Shown piece after piece: positions 1 to 9,888 of a stretch of DNA of 64,000 nucleotides. The notes below the pieces were generated by a model that had not been told where the DNA came from, searched no databases, and saw only the letters and a list, made by a program, of their open reading frames with translations. This DNA comes from a virus: positions 33,463 to 97,462 of the IMG/VR virus record IMGVR_UViG_3300045902_000324, one strand, 5' to 3'. Every line of letters begins with the position of its first letter. The stretch's first letter is position 1. The position numbers and the translations under genes were made by a program.

Positions 1-3000
1 CACAAGCTAAGAAGTTTTCAGACCTGCTTGAGAAAAATCCGCAGTACGTCAAGGCACTATCGGCTCAGCTAAAGTCTGGGATTTCCACAGTGCTTGAAAA
101 CATTGCAAACCTGGCAGAGCAACTGCTGAATTACCTGATCGAGAATCCAGATGCAATCTCTGACATGATCGATCGGATCGGGGAACTCGGAAAAGCGCTC
201 GGCACTATCCTTAAGATGGCGGCAGACTTAACGATCGCGTTCGCCAACGCCGCCAACGCAGTGAGCGGAATAGGAGACAATGCAATCGCTAAGGCAGCGC
301 TGTCCATGACAGGGGTTGGACAGGGCGCCGGGATGATAGGCGCACTGACCAGCGGATACCAGACAGTGCGGGGCTGGTTCGGGGGTAACCAACAATCTGC
401 TGCAACACCCGTGGGAGCGATTGACCCGACTCAGACTGACGGCAGCGACAAAGAGGGGTTGAACAAAGCTCCTGTTCAAGCCAGAGCGGGCGCAACCAAA
501 GCGGCGGCGGCACAAGTCACCGCTGTGGACGAGGCATTGGCTGAAAAACTACGAGACATCTCCACCAACATATCTGAGTTCTACAACACGCTAAAACGTA
601 ATGCCGAAGAACTCGCGCTCACCATCAAGCAAACAGATCTGAATAACTCACTGCTGAAAGCTAAGACAGAGCTGACCAAAGCGCTGAGTGGATTTGGGGA
701 GTCATTCTTTGACGATTTCGTGGGTAGGCTGAGCGGGCTGATTGACAAGTTATTCGAGCCTCTTGAGAATTTTCTGACAGCGCAAGAGAAACTACTGTCT
801 GTCAACACACAGCTCCAAGACTCGCTAAACCGTGGCGCTGGACTTGCAGCAGGACTCAATGGCGCGATGCTACCGAGCGGTGCGCCGGGTGCGCCTGGTA
901 GCAGCGGCGGCTTTTACTCACCCCTGCAAGGGCGCTCCGTTCAAGACCTGGTGAACTACCAGGAATCCGCTGGGCAATCCTTCCGAGCAACCAGAAACCG
1001 TAGGTCTGGACGTGGACTACACAACGGGATTGACTTTGATAGCCGAGTTGGAGGCGGACGCGGCGCACAGGTTGTGGCCATGGAGGGCGGGACTGCATCG
1101 ATCCGGGCTATCGGCACCAACCAAGCTGGTGAACAGTCAATGCAGGTAAAAATCCAGTTCACCGACGAAAATGGCAGACCAATCGAGTACCAATACAACC
1201 ATCTCTCTGAGGCTGCGGTTCAACAAGCTCTCGGACAGACTTCAGGCACAACGCAGGTTAGAGCTGGGCAGCTTATCGGTACGGTCGGCGCGACCGACAA
1301 CCTATCGTCAGGCGCACACCTCGATGTCAAAATAAAAGTCGGAGACAACTACGTAGATCCACAGCAGTACATGGCGGCCCGGTCGGGCAGCGGGGGTTAC
1401 GCCGAAACAGCTGATCGCCGCAGAATCAACATTGGCGCGGCTTCCAGGGATGCTAGTCCCGCATCAGTCCCGACTGGTTCCAGTCCGGCACCCGCAGCTA
1501 GACCGACTGATACGCCTGCTCCTGCGGCATCCAGAGGTCGATATGTGCCACGAGGCGGAACGCTAAGTAGAGCGGAGCGTGTGCAGTCTGACCCGGATGG
1601 CGCTGCGGCAATAACGGCGACAGCCAACAGGCTAGGATTACCTGTGGATCAGTTCGCGGCGTTGATGTCGTGGGAGTCAGGCGGATCATTCAACCCAAAC
1701 GTGATGGGTGGCGACAACAACCAGTACCAAGGACTCATCCAGTTCAGCAGGGACAACCAAAACACCTATGGTATCCGGCAGGGGCAAACTATTTCTGAGC
1801 AGATGCCCGCGATCGAACGCTACCTGCAAGATAGAGGGTTCCAGCCGGGACAGCACGACATCCGCCACGCATATTCGGCGGTGCTGGCTGGCAACGCAGA
1901 CGAGCGGTACTGGAACAGACGAGATAGCAACGGCACGTCAGTTCGCAATGCTGCGCCAAAATTTCAGCAGGGCGATCACTACGAACGGGCGCAGCAGTTT
2001 CTACGAGATAGCGGTGTTCCAGTTGGTTCTGTGACGCAGGGCGGTGCTGCTCCAGTCATGACAGGTTCATCTGTCGATACCGGGGCCGCGCAGCTTCAGC
2101 TCAATTCTGCGATGGATCTAAGTACTCAAAACGCAGCACAGATGGCTGGGTCAGTTCGCTCAGAACTAGAGGCACAAAACCTCCTATCTTCTGCTGAGTT
2201 CGACGCGCTCATCTCAGATCAGCAGCGGGCACTTAATCGTGGCGTGGAGTCTGCCCAAGATTCAGCCAGGGGGATTGCGCGATCGCAGGAAGATATTCGG
2301 CTTGAGCTACTAGGGAACTCTCCATACGCCGAGTACGTTCGCCAAACCACACAGCAAAACAGGGCGTTCGAGGATGCCAATCGAGACACGCTCAAAGCTG
2401 TGGAGCGTGGTGAGAACAGCATTGGAGTTCTGACTCGTTCGAGGGAAGTCTTGCAAACGCAGATTCAGCGGGCGCGAGACATGGGAGTAGACTCTGGCAG
2501 TATTGCTCGACTGGAATCACTACTGCCTAACATTGATGAGGCGATCGCCGCCACACAGACAGAGCTGGATCGGATGCGTTCACAGCTTGACGAAGCAGAA
2601 GACTTATTCAAGCAGCGCAACGAAATGTTGGAGCGCGAATACAAAGCGGAAATGGATGCACGCCGCGCGGCCTCCCGGCAACGAACCGAAAATCTTCAAC
2701 TCACAATGCGGGCGGCTGAGCTATCGGATGCTGGCAATGATGTAGGTGCAGGATTCATCTCTCAGCAGATCAGAGAACGCGACCTGAATCAAAACTACGA
2801 AGAGTCCATGCGTCCTCTGCGCGAGGAACTGGAGGTCGTCAACGCTGAGATCGAAAAGATGCGCGAAGCTGGACTAGCTGTGGACAGCACGGCTGTGACG
2901 GTTGCCACAGAGCGGGCAGCGTACTTGGAAGAAATGCTCGACGGACTTGGCACACAGCGGTCGATCGAGATCGAGTTGAACTATCGAGAGATGGACAACA

Positions 3001-4106
3001 ATTTCAGATCGATGCAGGAGCGTCTATCTAGCGAACGAGACGAAGCTGCTGCTAACCTGCTCGAAAGTCAGGGTGACGTATTCGGCGCTGCGTCAATCCG
3101 CGAGCGTTCCGCCACAACTGCGGAAAATCAGCGATTCTCTGAACAGATTGCTCAGATCAACTCGTTCGCTGCGTCAGGACGTTATGCGCCAGAAGACATC
3201 ATGCGTATGCGGACTGAGGCAGAACAGCTTAATTCCATCAACCTCCAATCGATTGACGGGCAGTTCAAGGATCTTGGCGAGACAATCGGGGGTATCGCTC
3301 AGGGATCGCTAAACAATTTCTTCACATCCATCCTGAACGGCAGCAAGTCGGCGGGCGAGGCTTTCAAAGACCTCATCGGCAGTATGCTTTCCCAACTGGC
3401 CCAACTGGCAATCAACTCAGCGTTCGCAGACATTTTCGGCGGGGGGCTGGGCGGCGGCGCGGCTGGCGGTAGCAAAGGTAGCGGCATCTCTGGCATCCTT
3501 GGCGCAGTCATGGGCGGACTGGGCGGCGGTGGCGGCGGCAAAGACTTTGGCGGTACTGTCGCCAGTGTCGCGGCGGGTGGGGGCGGTGGAAAAGGCTGGG
3601 GCAGCTTGATCGGTACTGTCGCATCCGCTTTCCTTGGCGGCATGAAGGACGGCGGTTCTGTGGCAGACACCAGCAGCGCATTTTCCGAGGCACGTAAAAG
3701 CCGAGGCGCAATCGGTGACGCACTGCGGCGGGAAGGGCCGAACTCGATACTGTCAGCGCTCACCCCAGGCGAGGAAGTGCTGGACACAACAGAGGCCGGT
3801 ATCTATCGACGGATGTTCCCACGGGGTATCCAAGACACGCTGGCATCTGGTTTCAACGGTCGCGTAGCCAACTTCAAGCTTGGTGGCACGGTGGGCGGCG
3901 GTGGCAAGATGGCGTTAGCTCCATCGATCGCAGGCGGAGGCGGTGGGGTATCAATCAGCGCCCCAATCAACATGACGCTTGCAGACCGGGGTAAGGGGGA
4001 CGTTGACCCGGCTGAGTTTCAGCGGGCTGTGGACGCTCGCTTCCACCAGCTTGTGCAGCAAGAGTCTCGCCCAAATGGTTCACTCAATAAACTAGGACGC
4101 CGTTAA
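1..4106 (+). CDS. Tail tape measure protein (5'-truncated) with M23 peptidase and lytic transglycosylase-like domains
   Basis: Frame is open from base 3, so the gene starts upstream of the window. Long Ala/Gln-rich helical protein; M23 motifs HNGIDF and GAHLD; transglycosylase-like MSWESGG..GLIQF; TMP-type C-terminus (GMKDGG..EGP..LTPGEEV); directly followed by a gpM-like gene. Confidence 0.9.
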   Translation, partial: QAKKFSDLLEKNPQYVKALSAQLKSGISTVLENIANLAEQLLNYLIENPDAISDMIDRIGELGKALGTILKMAADLTIAFANAANAVSGIGDNAIAKAALSMTGVGQGAGMIGALTSGYQTVRGWFGGNQQSAATPVGAIDPTQTDGSDKEGLNKAPVQARAGATKAAAAQVTAVDEALAEKLRDISTNISEFYNTLKRNAEELALTIKQTDLNNSLLKAKTELTKALSGFGESFFDDFVGRLSGLIDKLFEPLENFLTAQEKLLSVNTQLQDSLNRGAGLAAGLNGAMLPSGAPGAPGSSGGFYSPLQGRSVQDLVNYQESAGQSFRATRNRRSGRGLHNGIDFDSRVGGGRGAQVVAMEGGTASIRAIGTNQAGEQSMQVKIQFTDENGRPIEYQYNHLSEAAVQQALGQTSGTTQVRAGQLIGTVGATDNLSSGAHLDVKIKVGDNYVDPQQYMAARSGSGGYAETADRRRINIGAASRDASPASVPTGSSPAPAARPTDTPAPAASRGRYVPRGGTLSRAERVQSDPDGAAAITATANRLGLPVDQFAALMSWESGGSFNPNVMGGDNNQYQGLIQFSRDNQNTYGIRQGQTISEQMPAIERYLQDRGFQPGQHDIRHAYSAVLAGNADERYWNRRDSNGTSVRNAAPKFQQGDHYERAQQFLRDSGVPVGSVTQGGAAPVMTGSSVDTGAAQLQLNSAMDLSTQNAAQMAGSVRSELEAQNLLSSAEFDALISDQQRALNRGVESAQDSARGIARSQEDIRLELLGNSPYAEYVRQTTQQNRAFEDANRDTLKAVERGENSIGVLTRSREVLQTQIQRARDMGVDSGSIARLESLLPNIDEAIAATQTELDRMRSQLDEAEDLFKQRNEMLEREYKAEMDARRAASRQRTENLQLTMRAAELSDAGNDVGAGFISQQIRERDLNQNYEESMRPLREELEVVNAEIEKMREAGLAVDSTAVTVATERAAYLEEMLDGLGTQRSIEIELNYREMDNNFRSMQERLSSERDEAAANLLESQGDVFGAASIRERSATTAENQRFSEQIAQINSFAASGRYAPEDIMRMRTEAEQLNSINLQSIDGQFKDLGETIGGIAQGSLNNFFTSILNGSKSAGEAFKDLIGSMLSQLAQLAINSAFADIFGGGLGGGAAGGSKGSGISGILGAVMGGLGGGGGGKDFGGTVASVAAGGGGGKGWGSLIGTVASAFLGGMKDGGSVADTSSAFSEARKSRGAIGDALRREGPNSILSALTPGEEVLDTTEAGIYRRMFPRGIQDTLASGFNGRVANFKLGGTVGGGGKMALAPSIAGGGGGVSISAPINMTLADRGKGDVDPAEFQRAVDARFHQLVQQESRPNGSLNKLGRR

Positions 4107-4108
4107 AA

Positions 4109-7100
4109 ATGCCAATCCCTATTTTGGAACTTGACCCGGATTGGGAGATTCAAGAAGTCTCCACAATCGACCAGTACAAGTCTGAGCTAAATGACGGGTA
4201 CAAGCAGACGGCAACCAAAAATCTACCGTCGAGCATTCTGTCATGGGAAGTCCGAAAGACGGGGCTGTCTCAGGCAAATCTAAATCTGCTACTTGGCCAG
4301 CTAGAGACATTCGCAGGTAGCACCCCGTTTTCGTGGCGTCCCACGGAAACCGTCTCCTATCGAGCCTACTTCTGCGACGAGTGGACGGTGATTTCATACG
4401 ACACGGATTGCTGGCAAATATCCGGCAAGTTCGTTCAAGACGTTGGCGGCGAGTGTGTAGAGCTGCTTGATCTGATCGACACCGTGGAGATCACAAACTG
4501 GCTGGCGGCAAGCGATGTCTGGCTAACCACATACACCCGAAACACCCTCCCACTTATCATGAACTCTGTGGCAGGGAAACCCTATCTGCTGGTCAACTCT
4601 TTTCACGATGTGCTGGGTCGCGGCGGATACTTTCCCGGCAGCGCCGGGACGACCGAAGGGCAGTTCCTCATGATCCGAGCCTGTATGGATGTGTTCAACC
4701 AGACAGGCATTGCATCATGGCGGCAGCGGGCGATCGACATGGCTGTCGCGCTAGAACCATCTCTGTACCGAGGGCAGACCGTACCTGCCGATCCAAACAC
4801 GCTTTGGCTCCCACACTGGGTGTTTAACGTCAAGGCTCCGTTCACATCAAAAGGACTAAACACAGCCCCCAACCCGCTCAACTATGGTTACTTCGATCTC
4901 CCTGTAACATTCACGGCAGGCGTAGGTCAGATCTCGGCTGGAGCACCTAACCAAGGCGACAAGCTATCTGATGTCTACAGCGTCTATGCGACCGGAGCAA
5001 AGCTGCTGTGGCAAAACGTATTCGCGCCAGTCGTGTTCGGCACCCAGTACCAAGTCGAATACTGGGTGGTCAACTTCATGCTGGGTGGACAAAACTTCAG
5101 GATCTACCCGTCCTCAGCTTCGAGCAACGGAGCACCACCACTCGCTACGACTGAGCCTGCGGGACGGATCAAGCTGACCACAGCGTTTACCGGGAGTCTC
5201 AAAGTTACCTACGCTGCTTACACTGGGAGCGTTATCGTTGCGAATCAGGTCTTTGACCCGTATCCGTTCTGGCGCACGTTGTTGCCAGGTGAAATCAACT
5301 CTGCGTTTGACGTTCACTGGTGGGCTTACGATGCGTACGTGAAGCTGGCGGCAACTACAGGTCTTCTCAAGTGGACGCAGGCGGCTGAGGCGACTCGTGT
5401 CAACACGATCAACACAGCAGTCGTCCAAAACCCAACAAACTGGTACAAAACAGAGGACAACCCAAATCCATTCGGCTACCCCGGCTCTCAGGCTATTCAG
5501 GTAGACAACCCAAACGGCTACACCGCCAGCAGGGAGACAGCGATCGCGGGGCTACTCAATACCCTAAAGCTGGTCGTTGCGGCGGCACCGGGCGGCACGT
5601 TTCCTAGCATCGAGGTTCAGAACTTCGCGGTTCAAGCGCAGATTAACGCGGCTGTAACGATCGAGGTGGCGATCGCGCAGACTACCACAGCGACGGTTCG
5701 CATTGCGCTGTCGCTATCGCCAAACGCATTTGACTTCAGCCAAACCTATTACGTTAACTGGCACGTCGAGGCGAACACAACGGCGCTTACATCAACATCG
5801 TTCATCCCAGAAAACTTCTTCCGCTGGGATAACAACCTGGTGTGGCATTTGTCGATTGCTGAAACGCCTATCTACGTGTTCTCTGGCGGCGGCGGCAGCG
5901 CAACAACAGGGACGTTCCAGGCTACGAACATCCCATACCTGGGGAAAACACTCAAGCAGGCTGTGGGCGAAATTCAGATGAACGCAGCAGCAGGCTTTGC
6001 TGGTGCAGGGTTAGTGCTCATCGGCAGACAAGTTAGACGCCCTCCACAACTCGCGTTCAGGACAGACAAGACCATCATCCTTCGGCTTACCGACGGCGAG
6101 GGGTACAAGTGGGACAAGGAGATCGCCAATACAGGCGGGTGGGTCTTTGTTCGGTATCCGTGGAGCGCCTTCGAGTTTTCACCTAATAACATCGGGGAGG
6201 AACCGCAGGCACCGGACACACAGAACGACATCCAAAATATCGAGTTCATTGCGGTCGCTGGAGAAGGGTTGACCACAGTGCGGATCTGGTGGGCATCCGA
6301 GGGAACCACCAACCCACCCGCCCAGCTTCCTATTCCGGCTCAAACATACAAAGCCGCCGTGGTGTCTAGAAACCGGAATGCTCATACTTTTTGGGTCGGA
6401 AACTTCCGCCCGGCAAACAGTCCGAGTGATCAACTAAAGTACAACCCCGGCGTCGTTCCTTTTACAGTAAACATCGTCAACGGGGTTGTGGATGCTTGGC
6501 GGGGACTGCCTTACATGGGCTATCAAGACCCAGAACTTTGGTTCAAATGGGGGCTTACGGATCGCTGCCAGCAAGTGCTTGACTGTCTCGATGCCGCTCA
6601 AGATGCATACGCGGCATCCACAGGGGTTGTAGGGGCGTTTGCTCCAGTTTTCAAATGGGGCTACTGGGACGGCGGCGACTACCTGGGCGGACTGAACACG
6701 TTTAGCTGGTCTGGGGCTGACCCGAATACAAGCTGGGGACAATACTTCTATCGTCCGTTAGAAGCGACTGCCAAATACTGGAGCCAGAACCCAGGCGATC
6801 GCAAAGCAGATCAAATCGTCATGCGAGGGCTTGCGATGCTGGACGCGCACTACCTAAAAAACAATACCAGCGTACCGTTTACTGATTTCCCACAGGGTGC
6901 TCCGCCATTCGCTGGCTACAACGATCCTGCTGCGTCAGCTCTGATTGGCCGAGCAGCCGTCTATGCAAATCTAGCTGGCGGCAGTCCGTCTATCACGCTG
7001 CGTGTCATCAACCGGACAATAAAACACCTCCAGAGCCAGTATGTCTCAACAGGTATCATGGCGGGCACCTGGAGCGCCGGGCAGCCAACCTTCGTCAGTG

Positions 7101-7219
7101 GAGGAACAATCTATCGTGAATTCTTTGGGTTTTGGCTGGCCGAGATCTATCTATACTTAGCACTCTTGCTCGAAAAGAAGAACGCCCTAGTGATGCCCCC
7201 TTGTGGCACACGAATCTAG
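4109..7219 (+). CDS. Minor tail protein M/Dit-like domain fused to a GH8-like glycoside hydrolase and possible carbohydrate-binding module
   Basis: First ~110 aa match the gpM pattern (DGYKQ..FSWRP..YFCDEW..ISGKFVQ); GTTEGQFLMIRA resembles the GH8 TSEGQ motif; WVFVRYPWSAFEF is CBM-like. Confidence 0.65.
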   Translation: MPIPILELDPDWEIQEVSTIDQYKSELNDGYKQTATKNLPSSILSWEVRKTGLSQANLNLLLGQLETFAGSTPFSWRPTETVSYRAYFCDEWTVISYDTDCWQISGKFVQDVGGECVELLDLIDTVEITNWLAASDVWLTTYTRNTLPLIMNSVAGKPYLLVNSFHDVLGRGGYFPGSAGTTEGQFLMIRACMDVFNQTGIASWRQRAIDMAVALEPSLYRGQTVPADPNTLWLPHWVFNVKAPFTSKGLNTAPNPLNYGYFDLPVTFTAGVGQISAGAPNQGDKLSDVYSVYATGAKLLWQNVFAPVVFGTQYQVEYWVVNFMLGGQNFRIYPSSASSNGAPPLATTEPAGRIKLTTAFTGSLKVTYAAYTGSVIVANQVFDPYPFWRTLLPGEINSAFDVHWWAYDAYVKLAATTGLLKWTQAAEATRVNTINTAVVQNPTNWYKTEDNPNPFGYPGSQAIQVDNPNGYTASRETAIAGLLNTLKLVVAAAPGGTFPSIEVQNFAVQAQINAAVTIEVAIAQTTTATVRIALSLSPNAFDFSQTYYVNWHVEANTTALTSTSFIPENFFRWDNNLVWHLSIAETPIYVFSGGGGSATTGTFQATNIPYLGKTLKQAVGEIQMNAAAGFAGAGLVLIGRQVRRPPQLAFRTDKTIILRLTDGEGYKWDKEIANTGGWVFVRYPWSAFEFSPNNIGEEPQAPDTQNDIQNIEFIAVAGEGLTTVRIWWASEGTTNPPAQLPIPAQTYKAAVVSRNRNAHTFWVGNFRPANSPSDQLKYNPGVVPFTVNIVNGVVDAWRGLPYMGYQDPELWFKWGLTDRCQQVLDCLDAAQDAYAASTGVVGAFAPVFKWGYWDGGDYLGGLNTFSWSGADPNTSWGQYFYRPLEATAKYWSQNPGDRKADQIVMRGLAMLDAHYLKNNTSVPFTDFPQGAPPFAGYNDPAASALIGRAAVYANLAGGSPSITLRVINRTIKHLQSQYVSTGIMAGTWSAGQPTFVSGGTIYREFFGFWLAEIYLYLALLLEKKNALVMPPCGTRI

Positions 7220-7671
7220 CGAATCGGGCCGTTTCTATCACACACATATCGCACAATAGGGATCACGACATCATCTCCTGCTGCGATAGAACTACCGGGC
7301 ACTGTGTCTCTATCTGCGTTCAATCCGAAGAACGTGAACTGTGCAACACAAACACCATTGCTGCCGTGGTGGTCATAGTCGAGATCTGCTCCAAACGGCA
7401 TGTCGAGTCTGTCCACCCACACCGCCTCAAGTCCGGCTGGCGGCACGTTGCGATCTCGGTCGAGTGGGGGCTGACCCGTATCGGACTGGATCTCCAACAC
7501 CAGCGGTACCATATTTCTTGCTATCGACTGCGCCTCGGCATACAGAGCTTTGTTGCGCTGGTTCAAGTACGAGGGCAGCGCGATCGCAGACAGCACGCCG
7601 ACAATCGCAATTGTCACTAACAGTTCGATTAGCGTGAATCCTGGTTGACCATAATCAGTTCGTTCGTCCAT
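7216..7671 (-). CDS. pilA: Type IV pilin (PilA-like)
   Basis: Class III signal G|FTLIELLVTIAIVGVLSAIALPSYLNQ with Glu5; C-terminal Cys pair; N-terminal helix closely resembles cyanobacterial PilA. Confidence 0.9.
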   Translation of the reverse strand: MDERTDYGQPGFTLIELLVTIAIVGVLSAIALPSYLNQRNKALYAEAQSIARNMVPLVLEIQSDTGQPPLDRDRNVPPAGLEAVWVDRLDMPFGADLDYDHHGSNGVCVAQFTFFGLNADRDTVPGSSIAAGDDVVIPIVRYVCDRNGPIR

Positions 7672-7719
7672 ATCAGAATAAATACTAGCGATCGGACTCC
7701 AAGAGGCGATCGCGGTTAA

Positions 7720-8382
7720 TTAGGTGAAGAACCGAATACCAGCGAGAGTAACTTGCTGAGGGTTCGCAGGAGAGCCAAGGGCGTTAAAGTTTATGGCTCC
7801 GTCCGTGCCGCATCCAAGAACGACGTTAGCATTTGTGCCAAAATTCTCGACCGGATATCGCATCGTACTGGATGGCCTGAACCCAACTGGCAGCGTGCAG
7901 ATTGCGCCAGCGGCAAAAGCTAGTGGTCTACTAGCATAGCCCCGCATCAGGACTTCTCCGCGAATTTTTGTATACTGACACGCCTGAAAGCCAGCAGCGT
8001 TAACCCAGCTATTCTGGAACGAAACCGCTGCCCAAACGGGTGCGCCATTGGTATCTGCAAGCTGCCAAAAGCCGCTGGCGTGAATAAACTCAGCCCACTG
8101 GGTTGATCCCAGTGCCAGAGTGCCGTTCAAACTGATGCCATTCGTGTCTTGGAACGCGATGACATTTGCGCCTGCATTGTGGACGCGAACTCGCTGTCCA
8201 TTGCTGCCACTGGCAATCTGAGGGTTAGAGGTCAGCGTGATGTTCGCTGTCGAGGTGACAGGACACACCTGAAACGCCACGCCTGACGTGATGGCGATCG
8301 TGGTTCCGGCGACCAGCGCTTGACTGGAGTTGAGGATCGGAGTGGCAGTGTCGCCGACAGCAGCTCTAATTGCTCCAAGCAT
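7720..8382 (-). CDS. Putative tail fibre / receptor-binding protein
   Basis: Beta-rich; C-terminal WVN..QYTKIRGEVLMRG..TLPVGFRP pattern typical of phage fibre tips; lies in tail operon. Confidence 0.65.
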   Translation of the reverse strand: MLGAIRAAVGDTATPILNSSQALVAGTTIAITSGVAFQVCPVTSTANITLTSNPQIASGSNGQRVRVHNAGANVIAFQDTNGISLNGTLALGSTQWAEFIHASGFWQLADTNGAPVWAAVSFQNSWVNAAGFQACQYTKIRGEVLMRGYASRPLAFAAGAICTLPVGFRPSSTMRYPVENFGTNANVVLGCGTDGAINFNALGSPANPQQVTLAGIRFFT

Positions 8383-8483
8383 TAATCCTTCCTTTTGCCA
8401 ATCGCAATAATTTCAGCAACGCGCTCGATGATTGGCGTTATTTTCTTGAGCGCTTTACCCAGCCGCTTAAACAGTTTCTTCAA
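8382..8483 (-). CDS. 33-aa cationic amphipathic peptide MKKLFKRLGKALKKITPIIERVAEIIAIGKRKD (not in ORF track)
   Basis: TTG start 2 nt after the upstream stop, GGAGG 9 nt upstream, TAA stop overlaps the next ATG (TAATG). Confidence 0.75.
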   Translation of the reverse strand: MKKLFKRLGKALKKITPIIERVAEIIAIGKRKD

Positions 8484-8485
8484 GG

Positions 8486-9091
8486 CTACAGCCCTCCCCA
8501 ATAGAATTGCAAGGTTGTATTGGACGCAGCAGACGCCCGAATCCTAATCGTCTGCACAAAGAAGTCCCTGAAGTCGAATGCCAGAATCACCTTACCCGTT
8601 GTCGCATTTAGGGTGGTCGGATCAACACTCGCGCCCAGCGTGTCACCAGACAGCCGCAAGATTGAGTCTGACGGGGGAGCAGTGAAATGAGCGCCAGTGT
8701 TCAGATGGATCTGCATATCTGCACTGGCATTGCAGCGAGTTGATATCTCAAAACCGTTCAGGTTGGCTGCACCAATGTTATTCACCTGAAGCCGAAAGCG
8801 GGTCAGGGTGGGGATTTCGATAAAAGTGCCAGTGGATGCAGTGAGGGCGGTGCCGCCGACGACAGCAAGGTTCGTCGGGTTGCCGAACGATGCGCCTACG
8901 GCTGCTCCTGTGTCCACCTTGAAACGATCGCCTACTAGAGCCGTGGGAAGTAATGCCTGAATAGCAGCGGCGATCGCCGTCAGCGCCGGATCTCTGCGAA
9001 TCAAGTCATCCCCAGCCCCTCCGTTATCTTCCACCCGCATGGTGCGCGGGGTGTTCGTCCCGTCAATGTAAGTGCGTCCTACAATTGTCAT
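8486..9091 (-). CDS. Hypothetical, probably virion structural protein
   Basis: 201-aa Ala/Thr/Gly-rich beta-type ORF coupled within the tail operon. Confidence 0.6.
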   Translation of the reverse strand: MTIVGRTYIDGTNTPRTMRVEDNGGAGDDLIRRDPALTAIAAAIQALLPTALVGDRFKVDTGAAVGASFGNPTNLAVVGGTALTASTGTFIEIPTLTRFRLQVNNIGAANLNGFEISTRCNASADMQIHLNTGAHFTAPPSDSILRLSGDTLGASVDPTTLNATTGKVILAFDFRDFFVQTIRIRASAASNTTLQFYWGGL

Positions 9092-9093
9092 AG

Positions 9094-9888
9094 CTATCCG
9101 TTAGGGTCTACTTGACAATGCCCAATGTGCTCAGACAGTGGCGCAGGCATACCCACAGCGAAGCCCTGCAACAAAAGGTCGCACTGTGGGTATGGACGCA
9201 CCATCTCGTTCAACTCAGATATCAACGAGTCTGATTCGACCCACTCGGCAATACACAACAATCTAAGATCGTGACAAATGCTGAACAACCCTCGGATAAC
9301 AGCCCGATGTTTTGAGCTGTCCAGAACTCTAATCACAAACCCGCCGTTTATCTTTAGTCCGTCAATCTCTAGATTCACGATTGAGTCTAGATTTGAGTAA
9401 CCTATCCCAATATCGTCAAGCAAAATGGGAGACAATAGCGCCATACGCATCACGCTATCCCCAATTACTCGATAGTCGAGAGGCTGAGACTCAAGTACTT
9501 CTAGAATCAAACACGGCTCGATTAAACCGGACAGTACATCACCAACCCGGTCAGGTAAATCTTTATCGTGCAGTGATGCCGCCGTTAGATTAACTGTAAT
9601 TCTAATGTGCAGGTATCCACACGCTCTGAGCATCCGTAAATCATCGACAACTTGCCGCAACACCCAGGCATCAAGTGCGATCGCCAGCGTGTCAATTTCA
9701 AGAACGTCTGGAACGAACTGAGCCGCTTCAATGACACTCCCATCAGACCGGGACATCCGAATCAGAGCCTCAAACATTTTTGCAGGCTGCCCCAGTTCTG
9801 ACGGACGTTTTACTGGCTGATAGTAGACTCGCAAATCGCCACCGCCAGCCCGCAGTGCGTCCCACACTTTTTGTTGTATCTGGTTCAT
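9094..9888 (-). CDS. Stand-alone EAL-domain c-di-GMP phosphodiesterase
   Basis: YYQP, FEALIR, ITVNL, LEVLE, LDDIGIGYS, LKIN, AEWVE and LQGF motifs; ATG at 9888 overlaps the tipJ stop (TGATG). Confidence 0.9.
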   Translation of the reverse strand: MNQIQQKVWDALRAGGGDLRVYYQPVKRPSELGQPAKMFEALIRMSRSDGSVIEAAQFVPDVLEIDTLAIALDAWVLRQVVDDLRMLRACGYLHIRITVNLTAASLHDKDLPDRVGDVLSGLIEPCLILEVLESQPLDYRVIGDSVMRMALLSPILLDDIGIGYSNLDSIVNLEIDGLKINGGFVIRVLDSSKHRAVIRGLFSICHDLRLLCIAEWVESDSLISELNEMVRPYPQCDLLLQGFAVGMPAPLSEHIGHCQVDPNG

